From Candidatus Tectimicrobiota bacterium (GTDB lineage: Bacteria; JACPUC01), in contig JACPUC010000030.1 of the NCBI GenBank assembly GCA_016192455.1, forward strand, positions 1 through 64,000: a stretch of 64,000 bases of DNA. The letters are read 5' to 3'. The notes beneath the pieces were generated by a model, which was not told where the DNA came from, searched no databases, and saw nothing but the letters and a program-made list of their open reading frames with translations. Positions 39,022 to 49,554 of the stretch are shown piece by piece; within the stretch, counting starts at the first letter, position 1; every line of letters starts with the position of its first letter. The position numbers and the translations under genes were made by a program.

Positions 39022-41103
39022 TTACGGCAGGTCGAGGATCAGGTTGAGGTTCTCATCGACGCGCGCGGCGGCGCCGGGGCCGATGACGACGGTCGACTCG
39101 CGCTCCTCCACCACGGCGGGACCCCGGAACGATAGGCCCGGTCCCAGCTTGTAGCGGTCATAGACGCGGCAGGGAGCATGCCCGCCGTTCTCCTCGAAGA
39201 AGACGAGGCGCTCGCCCTTGATGGCCTGCGCCGCGTCCCCGACCGCCTCCTCGGCGACCGGCCGGGCGATGCGCGGGTCGGGGCCGGTGACGAGCACCCG
39301 CCAGGAGACCCCTTCGACGTCGGCATCGGGGTTCAGGCGGTGGTAGAGCTTCTCGTAGGTGGCGTCGAAGTTGCGGCGGATGTCGGCGCGGGAGACCTGC
39401 CGCAGCACGCCGGCGGGGATCGGCACGGGCACCTCGAAGCCCTGGCCGCGGTAGCGCATGTCGCAGGTGCGCAGGCAGCGCACCTCCCGCCGCGGCACGC
39501 CGGCCTGCAACAGCAGCTCCGTCCCCTGGCGCTCCATCTCCTCGTAGAGGGCGTTGATGGCCTCGAGGTCGAGGTCTTCGATGCGGCCCATGTGGGTGCG
39601 CACGAGGTCGAAGGAGATCGGCGCCACCAGGAAGCCGAAGGCCGACAGCACGCCCGCGCCCAGCGGGCAGATGAGCTGCCGCATGCCGAGCTTGCGCGTC
39701 ACGCCGTAGGCATGCACCGGCCCGGCGCCGCCGAAAGCCATCATGGCATACGCCTTGGGGTCCTCGCCCTGCTCGACGGCGTGGATGCGCGAGGCGTTCG
39801 CCATGTTCTCGTTGACGATCTGGTGAATACCCCAGGCGGCGCGCACCAAGTCGAGTCCCAATGGTTGCGCCACGTGCCTCTCGATGGCGGCGCGGGCGCC
39901 CTCGAGGTCGAGCTTCATCTCCCCGCCGAGGAAGAAGTTGGGATCGAGGTAGCCCAGCACCAGGTCGGCGTCGGTCACGGTGGGGAGTGTGCCGCCGAGG
40001 CCGTAGCAGGCCGGCCCGGGATCGGAGCCGGAGCTCTCCGGCCCCACCTTCAGGAGGCCCATTTTGTCGATATGCGCAATGCTGCCGCCGCCCGCCCCGA
40101 TCTCGATCATCTCGATCACCGGCAGCTTGATCGGCAGGCCGCTGCCCTTCTTGAAGCGGTAGACCTTGGCGACCTCGAAGTCGGACGTGGTGTGGGGTTT
40201 GCCCTCCTTCACCAGGCAGGTCTTGGCGGTGGTGCCGCCCATGTCGAAGGAGATGACGTTCGGCAGGGCGAGCTGCCGCGCGTAGTAGGCCGCGGCGATG
40301 GCGCCGGCGGCGGGGCCCGACTCGAGGACGCGCACGGGGTAGCGCGACGCCGTCTCCGGTGTGGTGATGCCGCCGCTGGAGAGCATGACGTAGAGCCGCC
40401 CCGCGAAACCAAGGCCGCGCAGCGTGTCGATGAGCCGGTCAATGTAGCGCTCCATGATCGGCTGCGTGTAGGCGTTGGCGGCGGTCGTGGAGGTGCGGTC
40501 GTACTCGCGGATCTCCGGCATCACCTCCACCGACAGCGACACCGCCACGTTGGGGGCCAGGCGCGTGATGATGCCGCGCATTGCCAGCTCGTGGGCGGGG
40601 TTGCGGAAGGAGTGCAGGAAGACCACGGCGATGGCCTGCACCTCCTCCTCGAGGAGCTCCTTCACGGCCTGTTCGGCGCCGGCCTCGTCGAGCGGCGTCA
40701 GCACCCTGCCGGTGTGATCGAGGCGTTCCGCCACCTCCTTGCGCCGCGAGCGCGGCACCAGAGGCGGCGGCATCTCGAGGAAGATGTCGTACAGGTCGTA
40801 ACGGTTCTCGCGCGCGATCTCCAGCGTGTCGCGGAAGCCGGCGCTGGTGATGAGGCCGGTCCTCACCCCCTTGCGCTCGATGAGCGCATTCGCCACCAGG
40901 GTGGTGCCGTGGATGATATTGCCGAGTTCCTTGTAGGAGAGCCGCAGCCGATCCACGCTCTCCTGGAGCGACTGCGCCGCGCCGACGGAGGGATCGTGCG
41001 GGGTGGTCAACACCTTGCCCCGAAACGATTCGCCCGTCTCGCTGTTGAGGAGGATGATGTCCGTGAACGTTCCGCCGATGTCGATGCCGATGTGATACAC
41101 CAC
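39022..41103 (-). CDS. Hydantoinase A / 5-oxoprolinase family ATP-dependent subunit
   Basis: IDIGGTFTD, HGTT, ESGPAAG, DMGGTT, GAGGGS, PGPACY, AFGGAGP. Confidence 0.94.
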   Translation of the reverse strand: MVYHIGIDIGGTFTDIILLNSETGESFRGKVLTTPHDPSVGAAQSLQESVDRLRLSYKELGNIIHGTTLVANALIERKGVRTGLITSAGFRDTLEIARENRYDLYDIFLEMPPPLVPRSRRKEVAERLDHTGRVLTPLDEAGAEQAVKELLEEEVQAIAVVFLHSFRNPAHELAMRGIITRLAPNVAVSLSVEVMPEIREYDRTSTTAANAYTQPIMERYIDRLIDTLRGLGFAGRLYVMLSSGGITTPETASRYPVRVLESGPAAGAIAAAYYARQLALPNVISFDMGGTTAKTCLVKEGKPHTTSDFEVAKVYRFKKGSGLPIKLPVIEMIEIGAGGGSIAHIDKMGLLKVGPESSGSDPGPACYGLGGTLPTVTDADLVLGYLDPNFFLGGEMKLDLEGARAAIERHVAQPLGLDLVRAAWGIHQIVNENMANASRIHAVEQGEDPKAYAMMAFGGAGPVHAYGVTRKLGMRQLICPLGAGVLSAFGFLVAPISFDLVRTHMGRIEDLDLEAINALYEEMERQGTELLLQAGVPRREVRCLRTCDMRYRGQGFEVPVPIPAGVLRQVSRADIRRNFDATYEKLYHRLNPDADVEGVSWRVLVTGPDPRIARPVAEEAVGDAAQAIKGERLVFFEENGGHAPCRVYDRYKLGPGLSFRGPAVVEERESTVVIGPGAAARVDENLNLILDLP

Positions 41104-41112
41104 GCGCGTCCT

Positions 41113-41964
41113 TCAATCTGCTCGGGCGGAAGTGACAGGAGTGAGAGGGAGGTTCAGCACCTTGGCGGCATTCAGCCCGAGAATCTTCGCCTTCGCCGCG
41201 GTGCTGAGGGGAAGCGCCTCGATCCCTTCACGGCCTTTCCTGAAGCCTGGCGCGCCAGGCCAGTCGGTTCCCCAGATCACCTTGTCGGCATTGCGTTCCA
41301 GATCGGGGAAGAGGGTGAGGAGATTGCGGATCGGTAGGCCGGAAATCTCCATGTAGACGTTCCGGTGCAGGCGGGACAGGAAGAAGCACTGCTCGTGCCA
41401 CCAGCCGCGCCCGGCGTGCGCCATGATGAGCTTCAGGCTGCGGAAGTCCGCCGCCACCTCATCCACCGCCAGGGGATCGCAGTACTTCAGCTTCGAGCCG
41501 AGGAAGATGGACGAACCGATGTGCATGAGGATCGGCAAGCCGCGCGCGCTCGCCTCTTCGTAGAGCGGGTAGAGCCGCGGGTCATTGACGTAGAAGTGAT
41601 CCGAGTGGGGGATGAGCTTGATGCCCCGGAACCCTTCGGCGGCCCAGCGCCGGGCGGCCTCGCCGGTGTCGGGCTCGGTTGCGGGGTTGCAGCGCGCGAA
41701 GGGGAGAAGCCGCGGCTGGTCGCGGCAAAAGTTCAGGGTGAACTCATTCGTGGGGTAGCGCCCGGTGATGAGGCAGCAGTAATCGATCCCCTCCCGATCC
41801 ATGAGCGCCACCAGACGCTTGGGGTCCGTGTGATGCTCCTCGTCGATCACCTCATAGAGGCCGCTTGTCTCCTTGAAGCGATTGTTAAGCTCGTAGTGCT
41901 CCTTTTCCCACTGCCAGGGATCGATGACATGGATATGGAAATCGATGACCGGAGAGGAAGCCAT
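41113..41964 (-). CDS. Amidohydrolase_2 family metal-dependent hydrolase
   Basis: IDFHIH, GIKL, MHIG, MAHAG, WGTDWP. Confidence 0.88.
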   Translation of the reverse strand: MASSPVIDFHIHVIDPWQWEKEHYELNNRFKETSGLYEVIDEEHHTDPKRLVALMDREGIDYCCLITGRYPTNEFTLNFCRDQPRLLPFARCNPATEPDTGEAARRWAAEGFRGIKLIPHSDHFYVNDPRLYPLYEEASARGLPILMHIGSSIFLGSKLKYCDPLAVDEVAADFRSLKLIMAHAGRGWWHEQCFFLSRLHRNVYMEISGLPIRNLLTLFPDLERNADKVIWGTDWPGAPGFRKGREGIEALPLSTAAKAKILGLNAAKVLNLPLTPVTSARAD

Positions 41965-42258
41965 ACTCGATGTCTACCCCTGCGCTGCGTTCATGGTGTG
42001 TGCCGCGAGGAGGTGCCGTTGGTCGCTGGCGGGAAAATGGCATGCGCCGGAAGATCGGCGATCCCCTGCGAGGTGTGGTCAGCCGCGCCTGCCTGGGCAT
42101 CGCGCGCAAACAGCCCCACACCGGCGCTCCCTCAGGCGCGAAGGCCTCATCCGGGCAAGCACGGAGCGCGCGCGGGGAGGAGACCTCCCCCCCGGACGCC
42201 TCGGCGCGCACGCCCAAGCATCATGGAGCGAGTGGTCGTGGCGCGACAGACGGGATCG

Positions 42259-42555
42259 TCATGACGCCACCTTCCGCGCGCGTCGGTCGGCGGCCGCGGC
42301 GAGCGCAAAATCCTTCTCGGTGAGCCGACCCGCATCGTGGGTCGTGAGGCTCAGCCGCACCTTGTTCCAGGTGATGAGGATGTCAGGGTGGTGCGCCGCC
42401 GCCTCGGCCTCCTCGGCCACCTGATTCACGAACGCCATGGCCTGGACGAAATGCTTGAAAACAAACGTCTTCCTGATTTCGTCACCGTGGCGTTCCCAAC
42501 CCGGCGTTGCGGCCAGGCGCTGGCCCACCTCCGCCTCGCTCAGGGGATTTGCCAT
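42259..42555 (-). CDS. phhB: Pterin-4a-carbinolamine dehydratase
   Basis: AEAAAHHPDI, LTTHDAGRLTEKDFALA. Confidence 0.9.
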   Translation of the reverse strand: MANPLSEAEVGQRLAATPGWERHGDEIRKTFVFKHFVQAMAFVNQVAEEAEAAAHHPDILITWNKVRLSLTTHDAGRLTEKDFALAAAADRRARKVAS

Positions 42556-43094
42556 GACGCACTTCGGTCCTCCGCTTGGCGAGGGATGACGTGCACAAAC
42601 AAGAAATATAGCAGAGACGTTCAGCTTCGGCTACCTCATTGCGAGACATCGGTCTCGCCCGCTGCGCAGGTTTATCCGTCCTGCGAAGATTTCCGCTGTG
42701 CCCTCCCGCACCCGCAACGCACCCCTGGCAGGGTGCCAGGCGCCGAGCCGAAGAGCAGCAGCGACCGCCGATCGCCTCGCCGGCGCCGCGCTCGTCATCC
42801 CGCCCGCGATGCCCGTTGGGCAAATTCTTCCTGCCCGCCAGAAACTTGGCACTCCAACTCCGCCGCCTCGCGGCTCGGCGAACTGGCGCGGGGCGGGGAG
42901 CGAAGGCGCGGGAAGGTCGCGGCTCCCCCGCATGCCGCGGCATCACCAGCCGCGCCGAGCGAGGCCCGTGGCGTCCAGCGGACGGGCGGTTGCCGGCCCC
43001 GGCTTCAGAGCGGCGGCCTCTTGCCGCTAAAGGTATGATAATTGCTGTCTTAACGCGCAGGGGTTTCCTTCTCCACGGGTAGGCAGACTTTTCC

Positions 43095-44252
43095 ATGAAC
43101 CGCTGGTTGCCGGAAGTCCAACAGGTTCAGAAGCTCGTGCAGTTCGCGGTGCGGGATCTCAACGCCGCCATTCAGGAGAACGATGCCGAGGCCAAGGCGG
43201 AGGGGAGACAGCCGCCTCATCTGCAAGGCGTCTCGCGGCGGCGCCTGCGCGACGTGGAGCGATTGGTCGAGGAGCTGTCGAGGGAGTATGAGCGCCAGTT
43301 GCGGGGGAGCGAGGAGCGCATCGCCAGCCTTCAGCGCGAGCTCGAGGCCGCGCGGGGAGAGAAGCCGGCCGCGGGCGAGGCCGCCCCGCCGGCGAGTCGG
43401 CAGGCGGGACCCCCAAACGCCGCTCCGCCGCAGGACGGGGTGGAAGATCTGCGGGCCGGCCTGCTCCGACTTGAGATCGAGGTCGCCGCGGAGCGCGAGC
43501 GCTCCGCGGAGTTCGAGGCGCAAATTGAGGTTGAGCGCCGCACGCATGCGGAGGAACTGCGTCTGGCGCAAGAGCAGGGCAACCCCGCCGGGGCGGGGAG
43601 CGAGGAGATCAGCGCGCTGCACCGGGAGTACGAGGCCCTCGGCAGCCGGTTCCGCGACTTGCAGCGGGAACACCACCGCCTGCTGGAGGCCGAGCGGCGG
43701 CGTGAGCAACGTCAGGCAGAGGCTGCCGGCGATCCCGCCAGCGGCCCAGTCAATGGCGCGCAGCTCGATGCCCCCGCGCCCAGGCAGGTCCTTACCACCG
43801 CGCAGGAGGAGCGCAGGCTCATCCTGGAGCAGTTTGAGGACTCGACGTTCCCCGCAGAGGCCGGCACTGTTGCGGCCGCGCCGCACGCTCCCACCGTCGC
43901 CGTCGGCAGTATCGCGCGGGCCCTTGGGCACCAGGAGCCGAGCCGCAACTCCCACGCTGATCAGGCACGGCGGCTTTCGTCGCACACCGCGCCGGGAGAG
44001 GCGGAGGAGGCGGAGCTCAGCCAGCGCCTCTCATACTGGCGCGACCGCTTTGCGAGCCTGCGCCGCAATGCGCAAGAGAAAGAGCACCACCTGCTTGCCG
44101 AACTCCAACAGCAGGAAAACGTGAACGGGCACCTCCGCCGGCAGCTCGAGGCGAAAAGCGCCGCCCAGGCGCGGCTCGGCGAGCTGGAGATGGCGCGCCA
44201 CGCCTCCGTGCTGGCGGCCCTGGAGGCTTGGGTCGCGCCCGCGAACACCTGA
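43095..44252 (+). CDS. Hypothetical coiled-coil protein
   Basis: Long ORF rich in E/L/R/A heptads separated by Pro/Ala linkers. Confidence 0.6.
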   Translation: MNRWLPEVQQVQKLVQFAVRDLNAAIQENDAEAKAEGRQPPHLQGVSRRRLRDVERLVEELSREYERQLRGSEERIASLQRELEAARGEKPAAGEAAPPASRQAGPPNAAPPQDGVEDLRAGLLRLEIEVAAERERSAEFEAQIEVERRTHAEELRLAQEQGNPAGAGSEEISALHREYEALGSRFRDLQREHHRLLEAERRREQRQAEAAGDPASGPVNGAQLDAPAPRQVLTTAQEERRLILEQFEDSTFPAEAGTVAAAPHAPTVAVGSIARALGHQEPSRNSHADQARRLSSHTAPGEAEEAELSQRLSYWRDRFASLRRNAQEKEHHLLAELQQQENVNGHLRRQLEAKSAAQARLGELEMARHASVLAALEAWVAPANT

Positions 44253-44419
44253 TGTCTTGAGGGATACGGGGATGCACGCCGGGAGGAAGGACAGGGGCAT
44301 CGCGGCGCGCGGCAGCGGGCCGGGGCCGCGACGCGCAGGGATACCGGTCGCGCTGGGGTCTCCGGGGCGGCGGTTTCCAGCCACCGCCTCCCCCCCACGG
44401 TTGCGGAAGGCTCACCGTC

Positions 44420-45058
44420 ATGCGTAAAGACCGCTGCGACGGGAACGGCTCTCCCCTGCCTGCGCCGCACGCCGAGGCGTCGGTCTCAGCGGAGTTCCCG
44501 GCGGCCGCGGCCAAGGCGCCACTGCGGCAGCTCGTGGGACTCCTGAGGGGGAGTTTCGCGACGGCGGAGCAGCTCCGTCTCTTGCAGGATCAACTGGCGC
44601 AGGCTTTCCTCCTCATCGAGGCGGAACAGCAGGAACGCAACACGGCGGCAGCGCAACTCAAGGCGGTGGAGCAGCGGCTGGCGCGCCTTGAGACGTCGAT
44701 CTCCGACCTGGGGCAGGCGCTGAAGCAGCTCCGAGACAGCGCGCCCGCCGGCAGCGAAGACCTGCCGAAGCTGCGGGCGAGCGTCGCGACCCTGCGGGAC
44801 AAGCTGGCGACGTTAGACGCGCAGCTCTCCAGCGAGCAGGAGGCCAGAGAGAAGCTCGACTTCAAGGTGCACCTGCTCGATGAGGCTGCTCCCTCCCTGC
44901 CGTTCGATTACGAGCATACGGCCGGTCTCGCGGCACGCATCTCCCTCCTCGAAGCCAAGCTCAACGAGCTCGTCGAGATCGAGCGCTCCCACCTGGCTGA
45001 ACTGCGCGGTCTCACCGGCGGCTCCTCCGCAGCCGGCAAGCCAGGGCGCGACGTTTGA
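44420..45058 (+). CDS. Hypothetical coiled-coil protein
   Basis: Heptad-rich (LKAVEQRLARLETSISDLGQAL; LEAKLNEL). Confidence 0.6.
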   Translation: MRKDRCDGNGSPLPAPHAEASVSAEFPAAAAKAPLRQLVGLLRGSFATAEQLRLLQDQLAQAFLLIEAEQQERNTAAAQLKAVEQRLARLETSISDLGQALKQLRDSAPAGSEDLPKLRASVATLRDKLATLDAQLSSEQEAREKLDFKVHLLDEAAPSLPFDYEHTAGLAARISLLEAKLNELVEIERSHLAELRGLTGGSSAAGKPGRDV

Positions 45059-45159
45059 GCTCCCAAGCCGCCATGAGACGGACGCCGCGGCGCTCCCAGG
45101 CGGCGCCCGCCGCGCTTGCCGCGCGCCTCGACCGAGGAGCTCTGCCGCGGCACGGCGGT

Positions 45160-46062
45160 TCAACCTGCCGGCGCGCTCCGTTCAGCGGCCCGACCCGGAG
45201 CAGCGTCGGCCGGCAAGGCTTTGCCTCTCTCGTCCGAGACCTCGTCACTCACCTCCTCCAGGAATTCCTGCACGGCAGCGCGGAAGAGTTTCGGCCGCTG
45301 CATGACGAGGCCGTGGTCGGCGCCGGGAACCCAGGCGCAGCGGCTCCGCGGCAGCCACGCCGCCAACTCGCGCAGCATTTTCTGGTAGAGCGGCTGACTC
45401 TCCCCGCCGCCGATCAGCAGCACCGGCGCCCGCAGCTCGCGCAAGCGGGCCTCCGGAACAGAGAACTCCAGCGCCGCCTCCATGATGTTCAGCAGCAACG
45501 GCGGCGGCAGCGCATAGAGATCCTTGCCGGCTGGGCCCCTGAGGAGCTGCTCATAGGTCTTTGGGTAGACCGAGGAGAGCCAAGTGCGGAGCGCCGTCTC
45601 CGGGCGTCCCGCCTGCACCTCGGCAACGGCTTGGCGGACAAGCGTGATCGACCGCTCCTCCTCGGCGGCAAGCGGCATCGGGAACCTAAAGCCGATCACA
45701 TTCGGCTCGACGAGGATGAGCGCCTTGATGCGCCGGCGCTGGCGCAGCGCGAACTCGAGGGAGGCCAAGGCGCCGCCGGAGTAGCCGAGGAGCGTCAGCC
45801 GCTCGATGCCCAGGTGCCGGCAGAGCTGGTCGAGGTCGTCGGCAAGATCGCCGACGCGGTAGGGCAGGGCGTGCTGCGGTGGGGCGCTTCGCCCCTGGCC
45901 GCGGCGATCATAGAGAATCACCCGGTGGGCTGCGGCGAAGGTGGGAACGAAAGGCGCCCATACCCGGCTGCTCGAGGCATCATGGTGCACCAGCACGAAG
46001 GGTTCGCCCGAGCCGTGCTCCTCGTAGTAGGTGGGCAGTCCTCCCAGGGTGACGACGGGCAT
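45160..46062 (-). CDS. Alpha/beta-fold hydrolase
   Basis: YYEEHGSGEPFVLVH, YDRRGQGRS, GYSGG nucleophile elbow, GADH. Confidence 0.85.
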   Translation of the reverse strand: MPVVTLGGLPTYYEEHGSGEPFVLVHHDASSSRVWAPFVPTFAAAHRVILYDRRGQGRSAPPQHALPYRVGDLADDLDQLCRHLGIERLTLLGYSGGALASLEFALRQRRRIKALILVEPNVIGFRFPMPLAAEEERSITLVRQAVAEVQAGRPETALRTWLSSVYPKTYEQLLRGPAGKDLYALPPPLLLNIMEAALEFSVPEARLRELRAPVLLIGGGESQPLYQKMLRELAAWLPRSRCAWVPGADHGLVMQRPKLFRAAVQEFLEEVSDEVSDERGKALPADAAPGRAAERSAPAG

Positions 46063-46299
46063 GCTCGCTCCGAGGACATCTTTCGCGGTGGCGCCGCGCC
46101 GGCGTGCTTCGGCGGCGAAACCGCGCCCCCGCCAGACCCGAGGAACAGGGCACTCCATCCTTGCGGCGCGGATCACCGGCGGGGCGTGGAACCGCGCGGC
46201 AGCAATGAACCCCCGCGCCGGGAGCAAGCTTGGGACGCCGCCTGACTAGGACCTCCCGAGGCGGCCTGGTCTCACCCGCCGAACCGTCTCGCCTGAGTG

Positions 46300-47034
46300 T
46301 TACAAGTGTTTCCTGAAGAAGGCCAGGGTGCGCGGCCAGGCGTCGGCCGCGGCCTCGGCGTGGTAGGCTGGGCGGTCCTCGCAGAAGAAGCCGTGGCCGG
46401 CGCCCTGGTAGACCTTGAACTCGGTCGGCACGCCCGCGGCTTTCAACGCCTCCTCGAGACGATGGACATTCGCCACCGGGATGGACTGATCCTCCGAGCC
46501 CCACAGGCCCTGCACCGGGCACCTCACCTGGGAGACCAATTTCAACGGCTCGATCGGCACCCGTTCATTGATCTCGCCGCCCACAATGCCGCCCCCGTAG
46601 TAGACCGAGGCTGCCGCGAAATCATCCAGGCGCGCCGCGGCCAAGTAACTGAAGCGGCCCCCCATGCAGTAGCCGATGATCCCCAGCCCTTTGGGTTTGA
46701 CGGAGGCGTCCTGTTTCAAGTAGGCAACGGCCCGGCTGATGTCCGCGATCATCTTGTCATCGTAGAGGGTGCCGCGCAGGGCGAAGGCCCCTTGCAGGTC
46801 GGAGTACGGCTTCGTGCGCTCTTCCAGCCGGTAGAAAAAGTCGGGGCAGACCCCCACGTAGCCGGACTCGGCAAATCGCCGCGTCACCGACTGCATGTGG
46901 GAGTTGACGCCGAAGATTTCCATGATGATCACCAGGGCGGGATGCGGTCCCCGGCCTTGCGGCCGGGCCACGTAGAGCGGCATCGGCCGGCCGCCCTCCC
47001 CAGGCGCCTCGTGAAACCCTGCTTCGATTGGCAT
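46300..47034 (-). CDS. Dienelactone hydrolase family protein
   Basis: EIFG, GYCMGG, YYGG, GAGHGF. Confidence 0.92.
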   Translation of the reverse strand: MPIEAGFHEAPGEGGRPMPLYVARPQGRGPHPALVIIMEIFGVNSHMQSVTRRFAESGYVGVCPDFFYRLEERTKPYSDLQGAFALRGTLYDDKMIADISRAVAYLKQDASVKPKGLGIIGYCMGGRFSYLAAARLDDFAAASVYYGGGIVGGEINERVPIEPLKLVSQVRCPVQGLWGSEDQSIPVANVHRLEEALKAAGVPTEFKVYQGAGHGFFCEDRPAYHAEAAADAWPRTLAFFRKHL

Positions 47035-47162
47035 GACACGCCCCCTCCTCTCAACTCATGTCAGGTGATTTTTCTATTTTCTCCTGTACCACGCTGCACC
47101 CACGGATGCAAGCCGGGCCCCGTCAATCGTCGGCCGCCGGGCAGGCGGGCTGCGGCGCGCTC

Positions 47163-47879
47163 TCAGCCGTAGAGCGGTTTCGGCGGCTCAACGACGATCT
47201 CCAGCGTCATGGCGCGGGGCGACTGGTTGGCCAGGAAGACCACGGCGGCGGCGATGTCCTCCGGGTTGATCCAGGTCTCCGGTCGGCCGCCGAAGCCGCG
47301 CGTGCGCTCGTGTTCGATGGTGCCGCGCGGCAGCACCACGGCCGCCTTGACGCCGGTGCCTCGCAGCTCCTCGGCGAGCGCCTTCATCATGCCGAGGACG
47401 GCATGCTCGGAGGCGCAGAAGGCGCTGAAGTTTGCGGTGCCGTCGTGGCCGCCGCCGGAGGTGATGCTGACGATGGCGCCGCTCCCCCTGGCCAGCATGC
47501 CGGGCAGCACCCGCCGCGTGCAGAGGAAAGCGGCGCGCGACTTCACGCTCATCACCGTGTCCCACTCCTGGGGTGAGGTCTCGTGCAGGGGTTTGGAGAA
47601 GTAGTACCCGACGTTGTTCACCAGCAGGTCGATCTGGCCCCAATGTTTGAAGGTGGCCGCGACAAGCCGATCGACATCCTCAACAAGGGTCACGTCGCCC
47701 TGCAACGGCAGCACCTCGGCGCCGGCGGCCTCGACCTCGCGGGCCGCGCTCGCCAAGGTCTCCGGCGTGCGGCCGATCATGGCGAGGCGGGCGCCGCGGC
47801 GCGCGAAGTCGAGGGCCAGCACCCGGCCCAGGCCGCGGCTGGCGCCGGTGATCACGGCAACCTTGCCGGAAAGTTCCAT
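47163..47879 (-). CDS. SDR-fold protein with degenerate catalytic motif
   Basis: TGASRGLG, LVNNVG; YxxxK position reads FCASE. Confidence 0.85.
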   Translation of the reverse strand: MELSGKVAVITGASRGLGRVLALDFARRGARLAMIGRTPETLASAAREVEAAGAEVLPLQGDVTLVEDVDRLVAATFKHWGQIDLLVNNVGYYFSKPLHETSPQEWDTVMSVKSRAAFLCTRRVLPGMLARGSGAIVSITSGGGHDGTANFSAFCASEHAVLGMMKALAEELRGTGVKAAVVLPRGTIEHERTRGFGGRPETWINPEDIAAAVVFLANQSPRAMTLEIVVEPPKPLYG

Positions 47880-48096
47880 GCCTGCTCCTTTCGCTGTGTT
47901 CCCTGGCGTTTGGTTCCCCGCCGTGCGTTGCGTGGTACGCCAATCTTGACGATACTCGAATGCAAGACGTCGGCAGGAGGGTACCTCCGTCGGCAGAGCG
48001 TGGGCAAGCCTCGCGGCGGGCGCTGCTGAAGAGAGGCTGAAGGGTGAGCGCCGCCCGCGCGCGGTTCGGCATTCCAGCGGCGGGGAGCAAGGAGCC

Positions 48097-49338
48097 ATGT
48101 GGCGAGCGAAGCGGCTCTATGATGTGGGGGGCGTGCTCCTGCCGCGACCGTTCAAGCTGCGGCGGTTGGGGCATTTTGGACTCAACGTCGCCAGCATCGC
48201 CGACAGCCTGCGCCTCTATCGGAACCTCCTCGGCTTCAAGGTTTCCGATGTCCTCGACTTTGGCGGCGTGCCGCACCTGGCGGAGATCGTCGCCGGCCTC
48301 GCCGAGACGAGCGGCGTCTTCATGCGCTACGGCACCGATCACCACGCCTTCGTGCTCTTCCCGAAGGATCTCATGGCGCGGCGGGGAGAGCGGGCGCCGG
48401 CGCGCCAGGACAACACCATCAACCAGATCACCTGGCAGTGCGGCAGCCTGCGGGAGGTGGTCGAGGCGGCGGCCTACTTTGAGGAGCGCGGCGTGCCGGT
48501 GCTGCGCGCCGGACGCGACATGCCGGGGAGCAACTGGCACGTCTACCTCGAGGACCCGGACGGCCACGTCAACGAGCTCTACTACGGCATGGAGCAGATC
48601 GGCTGGAACGGCCTCTGCAAGCCGCTGCCGATGTATGACCGCAAGTTCGACGCCGCGCCGCCGTTGCCGCAGCCCTCCGAGGAGGCGGAGGTCGTCGCCG
48701 CGCGGGCAAAGGGGGTGGACCTCGCCGCCGGGCGCCCGCCGGAGTTCAACGAGGACGGCAGCTACGACGTTGAAGGGGTGCTGCTGCCGCGGCCCTTCAA
48801 GATCACCAAGATCGGGCCGGTGAACCTGTTCGTCGAGGATGTGGCAGCCTCCCTGCGGTTCTACCGCGATATCCTGGGGTTCGTCTTCACCGAGGAGGCG
48901 ACCTGCCATGGGCGCCGCTGCCTCTTCCTGCGCAACGGCACGGAGCACCACGCCCTGGCGCTCTTGCCGCGCGAGTTGCGCGCTGACCTCGGCCTCGGCC
49001 CTCAGACCTCCTGCATGGCCTTCGGCCTCGAGGTGGGCAGCTACCGGCAGCTCCGCGAGGCGGTGCGCTTCCTGCGCCAGCGCGGGCTGCGGCTCATGGA
49101 GGGCATGCCGGCGGAGCTCCACCCCGGCATCGACTACGCCGCCTACGTCCAGGACCCCGACGGCCACTGCCTCATGCTGTACTTCTGCATGGAGCAGCTC
49201 GGCTGGGACGGCACGCCGCGCCCACCCGAGCTGCGCCGGCGGCTGACGGCCCGGGCCGCCTTCGACGACTGGCCGGAAACCCTGCCCGCCCAGCCCGATA
49301 CCTATGTCGATCAAGTATTCCAGGGGCCGCTGGGGTAG
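48097..49338 (+). CDS. VOC-family (glyoxalase/extradiol dioxygenase-like) protein, internally duplicated
   Basis: Two halves each starting YDVxGVLLPRPFK; TDHH/TEHH and DPDGH motifs. Confidence 0.85.
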   Translation: MWRAKRLYDVGGVLLPRPFKLRRLGHFGLNVASIADSLRLYRNLLGFKVSDVLDFGGVPHLAEIVAGLAETSGVFMRYGTDHHAFVLFPKDLMARRGERAPARQDNTINQITWQCGSLREVVEAAAYFEERGVPVLRAGRDMPGSNWHVYLEDPDGHVNELYYGMEQIGWNGLCKPLPMYDRKFDAAPPLPQPSEEAEVVAARAKGVDLAAGRPPEFNEDGSYDVEGVLLPRPFKITKIGPVNLFVEDVAASLRFYRDILGFVFTEEATCHGRRCLFLRNGTEHHALALLPRELRADLGLGPQTSCMAFGLEVGSYRQLREAVRFLRQRGLRLMEGMPAELHPGIDYAAYVQDPDGHCLMLYFCMEQLGWDGTPRPPELRRRLTARAAFDDWPETLPAQPDTYVDQVFQGPLG

Positions 49339-49554
49339 GCGGGCGGCGCTGCGCTCGGCTCCGTGATGCTGCTGATTCCCTCCGTAGACTTGCGGCGAGG
49401 GGAGACCTCTCCCCTCGCACCCAGCCCTCTCACCGCATGCCTGGCTTCCCTCCCCGCGCGTCGCCCCGGCGCGCTCTCCTCCTCTCCCCCTGGGTGGATG
49501 ACCAGGAGGCGGCCCCTCTTCGTGTCGTTGCCATGGAATCATGGGTCTCAGGAA

